Shown: positions 13,487 through 26,115 of the stretch, piece by piece
Layout of the letters: the number at the start of each line of letters is the position of its first letter
Position numbering within the stretch: the first letter of the stretch is position 1
NCBI RefSeq assembly: GCF_964355755.1
Contig: NC_092674.1
Coordinates: 7,626,001 to 7,690,000 of the forward strand
Direction: 5' to 3'
Source of the DNA: Antedon mediterranea
Lineage: Eukaryota > Animalia > Echinodermata
Length of the DNA: 64,000 bases
Position numbers and translations under genes: made by a program
The notes under the pieces: model-generated
What the model was told of the DNA's origin: nothing
Database searches by the model: none
Seen by the model: the letters and a program-made list of their open reading frames with translations, nothing else

Positions 13487-14099
13487 ATTACGCGGAGATA
13501 ATTTGATTTAATTCCCACCCAGACCTGTCCTGTTCTGTGTAGTGGTGTAGCCCTGTTGTGTGTGAATCCTGTTGTGTGCCGGTGGTGGTATTATGTAGGC
13601 CTACCTTATTGGCGTTTTATTTGGCAGGTCATACGTGCGAGTTGAGTAGGACCTACGAAGGAGGCCTAGGCTAAGGACTAAACAATTAATAAACAAAACA
13701 ACTTGGCAACACGATTTCATATTTTAACAGTCTCGATCGTACATTCAGCACTGTACGTTGGCCTACTCGATCTTTTTCATTTTGAAACAAAATGATCATT
13801 GGTTGATTCGAAATCCATATTTACATACCGCCCGCCCCATATAGCCAAATACGGTATGATAACCTACGTCATTCTAATCGGATGTTTGCGGTCTGCAAAT
13901 CGATTTCTATACGTGTTTCACAAGTCTGTATTTTCAGACAAAAATCGCGGTCGAAATAAAAACAAATAAATTAAAAAAAAACAATACAGACTTGGGGCAA
14001 GTCTAAGGAAGAGGCAGTAGTCGTCTTAGTTTGATCGTATACGTGTGCGCGGATAGCTACTAATCATATTGGGAAAAAACAACAAACAAAAGTATCAAG

Positions 14100-14397
14100 A
14101 ATAAAGTTATTTATTTATACAAAAAAATAACCAAATATACTAAAGGTTTATTAATAATAATTAGCACGTTTATATATTAATTTTAAATCATTTTAAATTG
14201 TTCCCGTGTTCCACTAGTAATAGTAAAAACTATATTCATATGCGTCGTAAGCGGTGTCCGTCAGATATATACAAAAGATAAATTTTATTTTCAATTCCTG
14301 TAGTTGTACGGCTCTTGTTTTGAAGTCAGAAGACCAATGCTACTGTATTGCGGCAAGTTGAAAACTGTATATGATGTAATACGAGTTGCCAGTCAAT
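14100..14397 (-). other. MT: Probable non-coding terminal (3'UTR) exon of the metallothionein gene
   Basis: A donor gtaagt lies 4 nt after the MT stop, there is an acceptor ttgttttgtatag at ~14398-14410, and several AATAAA signals occur at ~14110-14290 on the minus strand. Confidence 0.5.
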
Positions 14398-14574
14398 CTA
14401 TACAAAACAAACAGTACGAATTAGTAGAGAAACTAATTCAGACTTTTTCTTTCAGAATATTTTGCATTATCTTCGGCTAAAATGTAATTTCTCCCGATAT
14501 TTTGGATAAACAAAAAATCTAAATCTCCTTATGTATTAAGCTCTGTCTACATTATCAAACGAGTTTGATAACAA

Positions 14575-14675
14575 AAAGTGAGAGGTGCCCAAATATTGGT
14601 AGTGATATGACATCATCATGTCCATATATAGGCAAATCACATTTTTTTTGTCACATAAAGTTTTATATTGTAGAC
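14575..14675. repeat. Dispersed repeat fragment shared with 60520-60615
   Basis: gtagtgatatgacatca...tgtccatatat...tgtcacataaagtt.atattgtagac is present at both sites. Confidence 0.7.
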
Positions 14676-14684
14676 AAGGCTGTA

Positions 14685-14718
14685 GTTTCAGCATGGACCT
14701 ATAGGTCCATGGTTTAAG
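14685..14718. other. Micro-palindrome with 7-bp direct repeats (1 mismatch; putative P-superfamily footprint)
   Basis: gtttcag|CATGGACCTATAGGTCCATG|gtttaag. Confidence 0.55.
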
Positions 14719-14868
14719 TATTGGTTTGAAAATGTTTGCAAGCAATTAAAAGGCCATATTTACAATAGAAAAGTTGTTCAAAATTAGGCGGTCTGCTGCT
14801 AATAATTAGGATAAATTACAAGTAAGTCCCATGACCTAATTATAAAAATATGATTGTAACTTACTGGT

Positions 14869-16233
14869 CTAGTTGCAACACGAGCATCCACCAGGACATT
14901 TACAGCTTGGACCACACTTGCAGTCTGATCCTGTAGTAAAACAAATACGGTATTACAGTATAGTAAGACGTATGTAGCAGCTTGGTTCACAAGCAACAAT
15001 TAGATGATTGATAATTTGGGAGGTGTGGCTCATGTACGGCAGTCGAACATACTGTAGGCGGTTAGTAGCGATTAATTTAAAAACGGAAAAGTGTGTCTCG
15101 GATAAAAGTGATTTAGGGAAAAGGGGGAAACTTGAATGCTTGGTTCCACACTACAGAATGTATACGTGCAACGCAAGCAATTTAACCAATCACAAGCAAC
15201 AATTCAGGTGGAATCTTGAGTCTATGAATGGATAGGTTGGGAAAGGGATAGTTTGCCCTGTTTGGGGTACCAGATGGCGAGCACACGCAATCATGCCATT
15301 TATAGACGTCCTACCTGAACAACATTCTGCTGTATTTGTGCAGGGACAACATCCACCATCTGAGCATTTACAGGATGGTCCACACTGACAATTCCTGCAA
15401 TCATTTGGACATGCTTGGCTAACACAGAGGCAGTTGCCGGCTAAAACAAGAGAAAAATAATTGTTAGGAAAGTTGCTTAGACTTGGCTTATTTTTTTTTT
15501 AACAGAGGAAGTGGTTTTGTATTGGATTAGTCAGGAGAGAAAATAAAATATGGTTACCATCCAAATCAATTTAATTTATTATGTCAACGTGGCGTTATTT
15601 TGAAAAGCAGTGGTTGGAGGGTGTTTACCATATTGGTACCGATTTAGAGAATAAACGACCATAAAATAATACTACTGTAGGCCTATGCATAGGAAATGAA
15701 ATGAAAATACGATTGTCCCCGTGAAACTTTGAAAATAGACCTGATTGGAAGACGAATACAATCGTGAGTATGGAACCTGGAACACCACCTGGGAGCATAC
15801 CACAGACAGACATGTATTGTCCCCCAAAAACATGGAAAATCAGACTTTGAATAGGTTATTTTGTAGTTTTAATAACGTTAATCACTTCAGCAGAAAAAAA
15901 AGTTTTCACTTATAAAATGAGAAAAGAAATGGTTAAATTCAACCAAAAACCCATTGGCTGGCAGCAAATTTGACTATTTTTCCTTTAAATTACAGTTTTT
16001 AAATTTCTTTACGATCAAATTTTTGGTTAAAATGTATAACTATTATGTGATATTAAAATGGCATATTCAACCAAAAATTTTGAAAAAAAAAAAAAAAAAA
16101 TTTTTCTGAGGAACAATACATCCATAAACTGTAGTATCATCGTTCTTTAAAATGTATACGATCACTTCCGTAAATACAATGGTTTAAAACTGTGAATATA
16201 CTTACTTGTCTTGCATTCACATGGGTTTGGCAT
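14869..16233 (-). CDS. MT: Metallothionein, 71 aa, 22 Cys, three coding exons
   Basis: Exons 16206-16233, 15315-15440 and 14869-14930, with two phase-1 GT-AG introns, splice to MPNPCECKTTGNCLCVSQACPNDCRNCQCGPSCKCSDGGCCPCTNTAECCSGSDCKCGPSCKCPGGCSCCN*. It has CxC/CC motifs, no aromatic residues and MREs upstream. Confidence 0.93.
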
Positions 16234-16381
16234 CTTGAAAATTTGATAGAAATATACTTCTTCGAAATAGCAGAATGTCTTTTTTAGCAGCTACCGTTTC
16301 TGTCAAATCAGGTATATGTGGCTTTAGTGAATTTTACGTTGTTTTTATCCTAATTGTACTGTGTAGAGCGTGTGAAAAACA

Positions 16382-16471
16382 TGACGTCATTCTATACATC
16401 TGCTAAGTATTGTGTGTATATACTACGGGTCGTGTGCAAAATACTAGGCTCGTGTGCAGCAGTGGAGTGCA
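16382..16471 (-). promoter_or_regulatory. Metallothionein promoter: three metal response elements, a TATA-like box and a CRE
   Basis: TGCRCNC cores on the minus strand at 16432-16438 (TGCACAC), 16452-16458 (TGCACAC) and 16465-16471 (TGCACTC); TATATAC at ~16416-16422; TGACGTCA at 16382-16389. Confidence 0.8.
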
Positions 16472-17610
16472 AAAAACAAACATATTGTGTTTTTTGCAGC
16501 CGAATTAATACGATGCATCAAGGTCAGACAATACAAACTAAAAGAATGTGCAAAACTTTATTGACCTCCAGAATTTTCGATTTAAAATTCATTGATTTTT
16601 TTTAAACTAAATAATATTAGGCCTACAGACCGCTCTGAATATTATATACTTTTAATGGACATTTAAAACTAAGAACGTCCGACCCAATCGAAGAAGTTTT
16701 ACGTAGACTTAATAATGTTCAACCCCTACCCCAAAAATGTGAAACATTCCAGTCCCCCACTCCCTAGAGGTTTTGCGCGGGTAGCTCTGACCTCCTGAAA
16801 CTATATTTGATATTCATTAAATTTGAACGAATTTGTAACTGTTTTTACGTACAAACGACCAACACGCTTGGTCAGAGCATTTTAGAGATTAATAGGCCTA
16901 CATTTGTGATTGATCGCGTAACGTTTAGGCTACGTTAAATAAAAACATCACAAAACAGATTAATTCGGATCCGTTAATTCACGATAAAACGCTTCTTGAT
17001 TAACTGTTTTATCGTGAAGCTATTTCTGGACAAACTGTTTTTAAACCGGGTATATTTTAAAACGTATTTAAAAATCAGGTTTTTCCTCAATAACGGCCTG
17101 CCAGCATTTTATACTGTACGCACACTGTATTAGGCCTACCCATTCTATTATTTCAATGATCTACAATAATATACCAAAAGCAAGCACGTATACGAGTAAA
17201 AGACCGGGGAAGGGCGCTATTATGATTAGCTTGTTTTCATACGGTAAAATGTATCAATAATAACTGAACGTTATCATGTTCATCGATCATTATTGATTTA
17301 TGAAATAATTTCATAAATCAATAATAGTACAAAGTGAGAAAAACAATAATTGGTCCTGAGCAATTTGCATTAAACTTTTTCAAAATGGTAGTTGCAGCCA
17401 TTTTTGACAAAATTTCGTATTAGAGAGTGAATATAAATATATATGTTGTGAATTATTTGACACTAAAATGAAACCTGTAACACCAGCCATCACAAAAATA
17501 TAAGCTATTTGAATATTTTGGCCACCATCTTGAAAAGACCCCCCCCCCCCTCCCCCACCCACGGGGTTACAGATTATGCAAAAACGTTTTTCTGGTTTTA
17601 TTTATTTTGA

Positions 17611-17915
17611 AATGTCTTTTAAAATTGTTATTCCGTTTAAATTTCTTACAACAATGTTCACATTCATAAGGTGTCTCTCCTGTATGTAATCTCAAATGAT
17701 CTTTTAAATGGTTATTCCTTTTAAATTTCTTCCAACAATTTTCACATTCAAAGGTGTCTCTCCTGTATGTAATCTCAAATGCGTTTTGAAATTCCCACTT
17801 GTTTTAAATGTCTTTCCACAATGTTCACATTCATATGGTGTCTCTCCTGTGTGTATTCTCAATGTTCTTTTAAATGGCTATTCTAATTTCTTCCCACAAT
17901 TTTCACATTCATAAG
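17611..17915 (-). pseudogene. C2H2 zinc-finger array relic (about 4 fingers, frameshifted)
   Basis: Translates in pieces to YECENCGKK...[34 protein letters not shown]...[20 protein letters not shown], with indels. Confidence 0.85.
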
Positions 17916-19625
17916 GTTATATCAACCAAAATGTGTACTTTACCGACGACGCGTTGTACGTCGTGTACTGTGTATTGACGTATGCTACAGCAAAAGGGTA
18001 GGACTACGAATTATTTTTTTTACGATCTAATTGTTCGTATGTTCACCATTTAAAAAAAATTACGATTAACCCTTTCACCATGGGGTACCCAAAATAGATG
18101 TTTCATTGTAGGCCTACATCACTAAACAAAGAACATTTTCACTTAGCCAACATCTTATTATAGGTAAGTTATTAGATTTCAATGTCCTGTATGTCATGAA
18201 CTTCTCATCGTACATCAAAAGTCCAGATGGTACGCACGTACACTTGGGAAGTATGATTTCCCCGACGGAAAATGCTCTAAGTTTGCGGACGCACCCCCCA
18301 CTCTTCTGGAGATATATATTTTGTTTCATGTTTCCAAGTATAGGCTAATAAATCAATTTCCGGGACCTACCAACTCTATTTTTCTATATTTTCTTGGCTC
18401 CATCCCAACCACGGTGGTCTAGGATATTTTAGAAAGTTGCATTTTTTTTTGCTATATTTGATAAAATTTGGATATGTTGTAGAATAGACATCACTGAATC
18501 CAAAAAGTATTTGCTCCATTTTTTTTTCATACGCAAGGGGGGTTGGCAGCCATTTCAAAATGGCCGCCATTTTGGACAAAATATTGTAAGTATATGGCAT
18601 TAAAAGATGTTATCGAGATAGAAATTCAATCATAAAAGTAACAATAAATGTTCACATAATATTTCACATCATTTTTGTAACTGAACAAGCCAAAATGGCC
18701 GGCATTATGCCCAAAATGGCTGCCATTTTATCCAACATGGCCACCATTTTATCTAAAATGGCCACATATATCAATCAAATATTTTTTTAAACTTTTATTC
18801 ACATATATTTGGTAAAAATTAGATATTTTGTAGAATAGACATCACTGAATCCAAAAAGTATTTGCTCCATTTTTTTTTCATACGCAAGGGGGATTGGCAG
18901 CCATTTCAAAATGGCCGCCATTTTGGACAAAATTGTTTCAAATATTGTAAGTTTATGACATTAAAAGATGTTATCAAGATAGAAATTCAATCATAAAAGT
19001 AACACTAAATGTTTAAATAATATTTCACATCATATTTGTAACTGAACAAGTCAAAATGGCCGCCATTATGCCCAAAATGGCTGTCATTTTAGCCAATATG
19101 GCTACCATTTTATCTAAAATTGCCACATATATCAATCAAATATTTTTTTAAATACAATTGGATATGTTGTAGAATAGACATCACTGAATCCAAAAAGTAT
19201 TTTCTCCATTTTGTGTTTATAGGCAAAAGTGGTTGGCAGCAATTTCAAATTGGTCGCCATTTTTGACAATTTTTTTTTAAATATTGTAAGTTTATGGCAT
19301 TAAAAGATGTTTTATCGAGATGGAAATTCAGTCATATAAGTAACAATAAATGTTCAAATAATATTTCACATCATTTGTGTAAAAGAACAATGGCTGACAT
19401 TTCAACCAAAATGGTCGCCATTTTATCCAACATGGCCGCCATTTTTATCTGAAATGGCCACATAATAAAATTGTTTTTTCTTTAACTTTGATTAAATACA
19501 TGGGCTATAAAGGAACCAACATAACAACATAATAATATTTGTGTTTAATACTTTACTTATTCGTCGTCACTTTCGTTATCACTATCACTGTCCGAATCGG
19601 ATGTAGACAACAATGGTCATATATT

Positions 19626-20805
19626 GTGACAGTTATTCTCGTCTGTTTCGCATTTACACATCTCGGTATATTGTAGATTGTTTTTCTTGCACGTGCATGT
19701 ATTATGGGAACATACTTAAACATGAACACCGTATTAGCTCCACAACTGCTTCTGGAGCAGTTTGCTTCTCGTATAATACTGGTCTTAGTTTACCGTTCTC
19801 TATAAACCAGCCAAGTTTTGGCATGGATCGGGAATTATTGGGTCAATAGTTACATGGCTCCATATATATTGGCCTGGAGATGTGCATGTAGTATGTGCTG
19901 GTGCAACGCTCCAGACGTTGGTGGCAATTTTTCCACACCTTGATTATTTGGCAGTGTTTTGAACCGTTTCCATCTCAGGGTTGATGAATCTTTGGCTGAC
20001 ACCCTTTTAGTTTCAATAAGACCGCACAGAAACTCCTCGCATCCTGCCTTCACATTGAAAGATGGCACATTGTCTTCTCCGAGTTTGACTAACGCTTCTA
20101 TGATGTGAGGAGATGACTTCATATACATCTTAAAAGCTGTTTTTTCCTGTGTACATCCAGTGATAGCATGGAAACCTGGTAGTCTGGCTGCCTTTTCCGG
20201 TCCAAGGGGATCGTATATTGATTAAAGAGTAATTCTTCTTGTTTCAGCTGTGCCTGTTAAAATACCAGAATTTTCCCCTAACTGTTGTAGGCGCCTTAAA
20301 ATTAAAACAAATAAGTCGACTTCATTTCCTGGTGTAGATGCTACTTCAATACCATGAGGGATCATTAGTATATCTACCTCTTCTTTGGGTGCTCACAGGT
20401 GTTGTTGGGGAATGTTCAGGTGTGTTTGTGTTCATCTTTTCGCATGACTGTTACAATAGGATGTTTACAATTTCGTACTGATTTGTCGGCAAGATAAATT
20501 GTGAGTTGATCTTTTGTCGTGTTGCTTGACAAGAATATTGCTTTGTTTTTAATCAGTGTGGAATCTTCCACAATAATTTCCACAATGTTAGGAGGAGATG
20601 ATTGATTTCGGATATCGTCTTTAAGCGAAAGTGTCTTCTCATAATTGTCAAAGACAACACGTCCACCAACATAAATGTATTTGTTAAGTAGAGAATCTAT
20701 GCAGGCTACAAATGCCTCCACAAAATCTTTGCAGGTGGTAAAAGTCTGAACATTCATAAGAGTTTGAACAACTGCCATTCCATCGATGATGAGATAGCGA
20801 TTCAC
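19626..20805 (-). pseudogene. Academ-like transposase C-terminal half (XPG-like nuclease + CXC), disrupted
   Basis: ORFs 20416-20805 and 19850-20128, plus a downstream APEAVVELIRCSC...CTCKK...MCKC segment, broken by frameshifts. Confidence 0.7.
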
Positions 20806-21436
20806 AGGCTGAGGTGATATTAATCATCCTATTGTAACAGTCACGTGAACACACAAGAAGAGGTAGACACACTAATGATCCCTCATGGCATTGAAATAGC
20901 ATCTACACCAGGAAATGAAGTCGACTTCTTCACGCAAGATACCGACTGGTTTGTTTTAATTCTAAGGCGCCTACAACAGTTGGGGGAAAATACTGGAATT
21001 TTAACACTCAGGCACAGCTGAAACAGGAAGAAGAATTACTCTTCAACCAATATACGATCACCTTGGACCAGAAAAGGCAGCTGGACTACCAGGTTTCTAT
21101 GCTATCACTGGATGTGGTGTTACGGGTCACAGGAAAAAACAGCTTTTAAGATTGTATATGAAGTCACCTCCTCACATCATAGAAGCTCTAGTCAAACTCG
21201 GAAAAGACAATATGCCATCTTTCAATGGGAAGGCAGGATGCGATAAGTTTCTGTGCAGTCTTCTTAGAACTAAAAGCGTGTCAGCGGTTCAAAACACTGC
21301 CAAATAATCAAGGTGTGGAAAAATTGCCACCAACTTCTGGAGCGTTGCACCAGCACATACTACGTGCACATCTCCAGGCCAATATATGAATCTATAATGT
21401 ACCGAGATGTGTAAATGCGAAGCAGACGTGAATAAC

Positions 21437-22080
21437 AGACTTCAAACCAGTCAAAATAAAGTTGCTAGGTTTATATTAAATAAAAATGATCGTGCACATA
21501 TTGGTAAAGACGAACTGAACCAAATCGGTCAATTATGTCTAGAGGATAGAATTTGCCAACTCAAACTTAATCATGTTCATAAGATTTTTTATGGAAAATC
21601 AGTACCTTATTTAACTGAAAAGTTTAAAAGAGTTTCATCTAACCACCATTATATGACTAGAAGTAAGGTCAATGGATTTTCAGTTCCTAAATCTGATAGT
21701 CAAATATCTACGTTTTATTATACAGGCATAAAGGCATGGAATAACCTACCTCATTCCATTCAGCAAATAGAAAACAAATTTAATTTTAAGAAAAATGTTA
21801 AATCACATTTCTGTTCTACCAAATAACTATATAAGTCAATCATAGTCTTTAATTTAACTTGTTTTTTATATTATTGTTTTTGTTATATTTACGTGTTTAA
21901 TGCAATATTTTGTAATGTTTTATTTTAGATTGTAAAGGATCCCAATGGAAATAAGCTGATAAGCTTTTTGGGCTATCCTGGAAAATCTTTTATAAATGTA
22001 TTATTTGTAATGTCCGTAATTTATGTTATCACTTTGTATGTATTTTTTATGATGATTTTCCAAATGAATTCAAATCAAAT
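21437..22080 (+). mobile_element. 5'-truncated L2/Crack-type (CR1 group) LINE 3' end
   Basis: RT C-terminus LQTSQNKVARFIL...HYMTRS...TFYYTGIKAWNNLP, then a 3'UTR stem-loop (~21936-21980) and a (caaat)n tail. It interrupts the Academ arm exactly after gaataac. Confidence 0.8.
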
Positions 22081-23989
22081 CAACATATGACCATTGCTGT
22101 CTACATCCGATTCGGACAGTGATAGTGATGGCTAAAATGACGACGAATAATTAAAGTAATTAAACACAAATATCATTATGTTATAGCCTATGTATTTAAT
22201 TAAAGTTATAAAAAACCAATTTGATTATGTAGCCATTTCAGATAAAAATGGCGGCCATGTTGGATAAAATGGCGGCCATTTTGGTTGAAATGTCTGCCAT
22301 TTTGGCTTTTTCTGTTACACAAATATGAAATATTATTTGAACATTTATTGTTACTTTTATGATTGAATTTCTATCTCGATAACATCTTTAAATGTCATAA
22401 ACTTACAATATTTGAAACAATTTTGTCCAAAATTGGGGCCATTTTTAAATGGCTGCCAATCCTCCTTGCGTATGAAAAAAAAATGGAGCAAATACTTTTT
22501 GGATTCAGTGATGTCTATTCTACAACATATCAAATTTTTACCAAATATATGTGAATAAAAGTTGAAAGAAATATTTGATTGATATATGTGGCCATTTTAG
22601 ATAAAATGATGGCCATATTGGATAAAATGGCAGCCATTTTGGCTTGTTCAGTTACAAAAATGATGTGAAATATTATTTGAACATTTATTGTTACTTTTAT
22701 GATTGAATTTCTATCTCGATAACATCTTTTAATGCCATATACTTACAATATTTTGTCCAAAATGGCGGCCATTTTGAAATGACTGCCAACCCCCCTTGCG
22801 TATGAAAAAAAAATGGAGCAAATACTTTTTGGATTCAGTGATGGGTATTCTACAACATATCCAATTTTTACCAAATATAGCAAAAAAAAATGCAACTTAT
22901 CATATCGCTAAATTTCATACTGGACTATATAGGCCTATAGTTGTAATTTTGTTTCATATAGCATGCAATGTATAATTGCAATTTCCGGGGACCTAGCAGC
23001 TCTGTTTTCGCACATTTACCTATTTTAACTTAACTTTTAAAAAGGTCATTCCATATTTTAAATTGAAAGAATGGATTATTTTATACCAGTCATCGGACAT
23101 CGTGCAATGTGTTTTGCACGCAGTATTTTATTTATGTATTATAAAAAATGAAAAAAGTGGCTACCCTAAATCTGATTAAAATGGCCTCAAATTACGGTAT
23201 AGAACGCGTTGCTTCCGAGGGCTTCTCCCCCTAAACTTGGCGGCCCCCATTGTCCACAGCCTAGTGATGCTTGCTTCGCTCGCATAGCGACTGATCCCTT
23301 GGTTAGACATTATACTTTCAATTAGGCCGAATATTCCTGCATTTAGCTTGCATATAGCAGCTTAGTATTTAGTATGACACATTATCACTGTATTTGGTGC
23401 TTGGAAAATGGTAAAGCGTGGTCGATCTTATGTTTGGTGGGAGCGAGAAACATGAGCAAGAATACAGTTTTGAACTACCGCCCGTTTTATTTGAAATGGC
23501 GCACAGTAGCACTGCCGCTATACTATAATTATAACTAAAAGCTTGGCAGTTGCAAAAATTGGCCTAAAAAACACATGGTGTTCGTACAAATTTGCCGTTT
23601 TAATATAGACTAATGGATAAAGAGGAATTAAAAGGTGCCCAACTTAATTCCCATTAATTAATCAAAATCATACAAACGATCTAATGCTAATTTAAATGCC
23701 TTTTATGGTCTTAATTAGTACATAATATCTATCAAAAAATGTACTTTTATCACAAAACCAGTCATTAACATTCGATCGTCCCGGCGGAAGTACAAAATAG
23801 GTGGCGCTGTTTATTTTAAAAGCAATAGTACAGTATAAACAAAATATTTTCCAAACGCGAAAAGATTTTTTTTTTCTCGTACACGTAAAAAAGTATTATT
23901 TAACGATCGTTAAATAGTGCGTACTATGGCACGCTTGTTTTTCCTTTACTATAAAACATGGATTTTTTTTATAGAAATGGCAACATTTC

Positions 23990-25925
23990 ATAACATAGTA
24001 ACCATTTATGTCAAAAATAAAAATGTCGAAAATGGCCATTTTCAAAAATGTATCTGTACTAGTACAGGGTTTTTTTTTTTTTAAAAAGGCCAAATTTTGA
24101 CCATTTTATTTTTCAATAAAACTGGTTACTATAGCATAATTGACATGCGCAGAACCTATTATTCGACTCTGCGCATGTTTATTATGCTATAGTAACCATT
24201 TATGTCAAAAAAATAAATGGGTCGCAAATTGGCAATTTCCCTATATAGCATAATTGGCATGCGCATAACCTATTATTCGACTCTGCGCATGTTTATTGTG
24301 CTATAGTAACCATTTATGTAAACAAATAAAAGGGTTAAAAAATGGCAATATTTCGAGAATTTCCTTGTACTATATATAGGCCTAGTAAAGGGATTTTTGT
24401 TTTAAAGTCCACATTTTGACCATTTTATTTTTCAATAAAACTGGTTACTATAGCATAATTAACATGCGCAGAACCTATTTTCGACTCGGCGCATGTTTAT
24501 TATGCTATAGTAACCATTTATGTCAAAAAATAAAAGGGTCGAAAAATGGCAATTTTTTGAGAATTTCCCTGTACTATAGAACAGTGATTTTTGGAAATAT
24601 TGCCAGATACTGGTTACTATAGCATAATTGACATGCGCATAACCTATTATTCGATTCTGCGCATGTTTTTTTTTATATCAACAAAATAAAAGGGTCGAAA
24701 ATGGCAATTTTTCGAGAATTTTCCTGTACTACAGCACAGGAATTTTTCAAAAAAATGGCCAAATTTCTACCATTTAATTTTTCAATAAAACTGGTTACTA
24801 TAGCATAATTGGCATGCGCAGAACCTATTAATCGACTCAGCGCATGTTTATTATGCTATAGTAACCATTTATGTCAAAAAAATAAAAGGGTCGAAAAATG
24901 GCAAATTTTCGAGAATTTCCCTGTACTATAGCACAGTAATTTTTTCCAAAAAATGGCCAAATTTGGACATTTTTATTTTGGATAAAGCTGTTTACTATAG
25001 CATAATTTGCATGCGCAGAACCTATTATTTGACTCTGCGCATGTTTATTATGCTATAGTAACCATTTATGTCAAAAAAATAAAAGGGTCGAAAATGGCAA
25101 TTTTTCTAGAATTTTCCTGTACTATAGAACAGGGATTTCTTCTAAAAAATGGCCAAATTTTGACATTTTTATTTTTGGATAAAACTGGTTACAGTGATTT
25201 TTCAAAATATCACCAAATACTGGTTACTATAGCATAAATGACATACCCAGAATCTATTATTCGACTCTGCGCATGTTTATTATGCTATAGTAACCATTTA
25301 TGTCAACAAATAAAAGGGTCGCAAATTGGCCATTTTTCGAGAATTTCCCTGTACTATATAGCACAGGGATTTTTCAAAATATTGCCAAATAATGGTTACT
25401 ATAGCATAAGTGACATGCTCAGAACCCATTATTCGACTCTGTGCATGTTTATTATGCTATAGTAACCATTTATGTCAACAAATAAAAGGGCCGCAAATTG
25501 GCCATTTTTCGAGATTTCCCCTGTACAGTACTATAGCACAGGGATTTTTCAAAATATTGCCAAATAATGTTTACTATAGCATAAGTGACATGCTCAGAAC
25601 GCATTATTCGACTCTGCGCATGTTTATTGTGCTATAGTAACCATTGATGTCAAAAAAATAAAAGGGTCGAAAAATGGGAATTTTTCGAGATTTTTCCTGT
25701 ACTATAGCACAGGGATTTTTTCTAAAAAATGGCCAAATTTCTACCATTTTATTTTTGGATAAAACTGGTTACTATAGCATAATTGGCATGCGCAGAACCC
25801 ATTATTTGACTCTGCGCATGTTTATTATGCTATAGTAACCATTGATGTCAAACAAATAAAAGGGTCGCAAATTGGCCATTTTAAACAAATTTTTAAATTT
25901 TTTTTTATTATGCTATAGTAACCAG
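23990..25925. repeat. Satellite-like array (~120-230 bp units, about 11 copies), each with a ~70-bp hairpin
   Basis: The unit core ggttactatagcataa-ttgacatgcgcaga-acctattattcgac-tctgcgcatg-tttattatgctatagtaacc is an imperfect palindrome. Confidence 0.9.
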
Positions 25926-26115
25926 TATTTTGGAAATATTTTCAAAAATGATGATACAGTGATTTTTTTTCAAAAAAATTGGCAAAATTAATATTATCTA
26001 TTAATATAATAAAGTTTCTTTCTGATCAAAATAAAAGCACTAATATTATTTCATAACACCAATTTATGTAGAAAATTCTCGAAATTTGTTTACGAAAAAT
26101 CCTTTTCTTGGAAGA

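Larger units (their letters stand above)
18436..22927. mobile_element. Foldback structure made of two inverted, decayed copies of the 3' half of an Academ-like DNA transposon
   Basis: The left arm ~18436-20463 mirrors the right arm ~20826-22900. Both arms encode pieces of an XPG/PIN-like nuclease (LPGFHA.TGC, LPPTSGALHQHIL) and a C-terminal Cys cluster; the IDGMAVVQ and VVFDNY motifs lie in the unique centre. The arms have ~350-bp subterminal tandem units, and the right end reads TAGTCCAG on the minus strand. Confidence 0.75.

Noticed and set aside
21407-21826. 139-aa ORF as a standalone gene
   Set aside because: Chance in-frame fusion of Academ residues (MCKCEADVNN) with a truncated LINE RT C-terminus.
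23990-25925. CRISPR-like array of palindromic repeats
   Set aside because: The linkers are homologous to each other rather than unique spacers, the repeats are too long, the context is eukaryotic and there are no cas genes.
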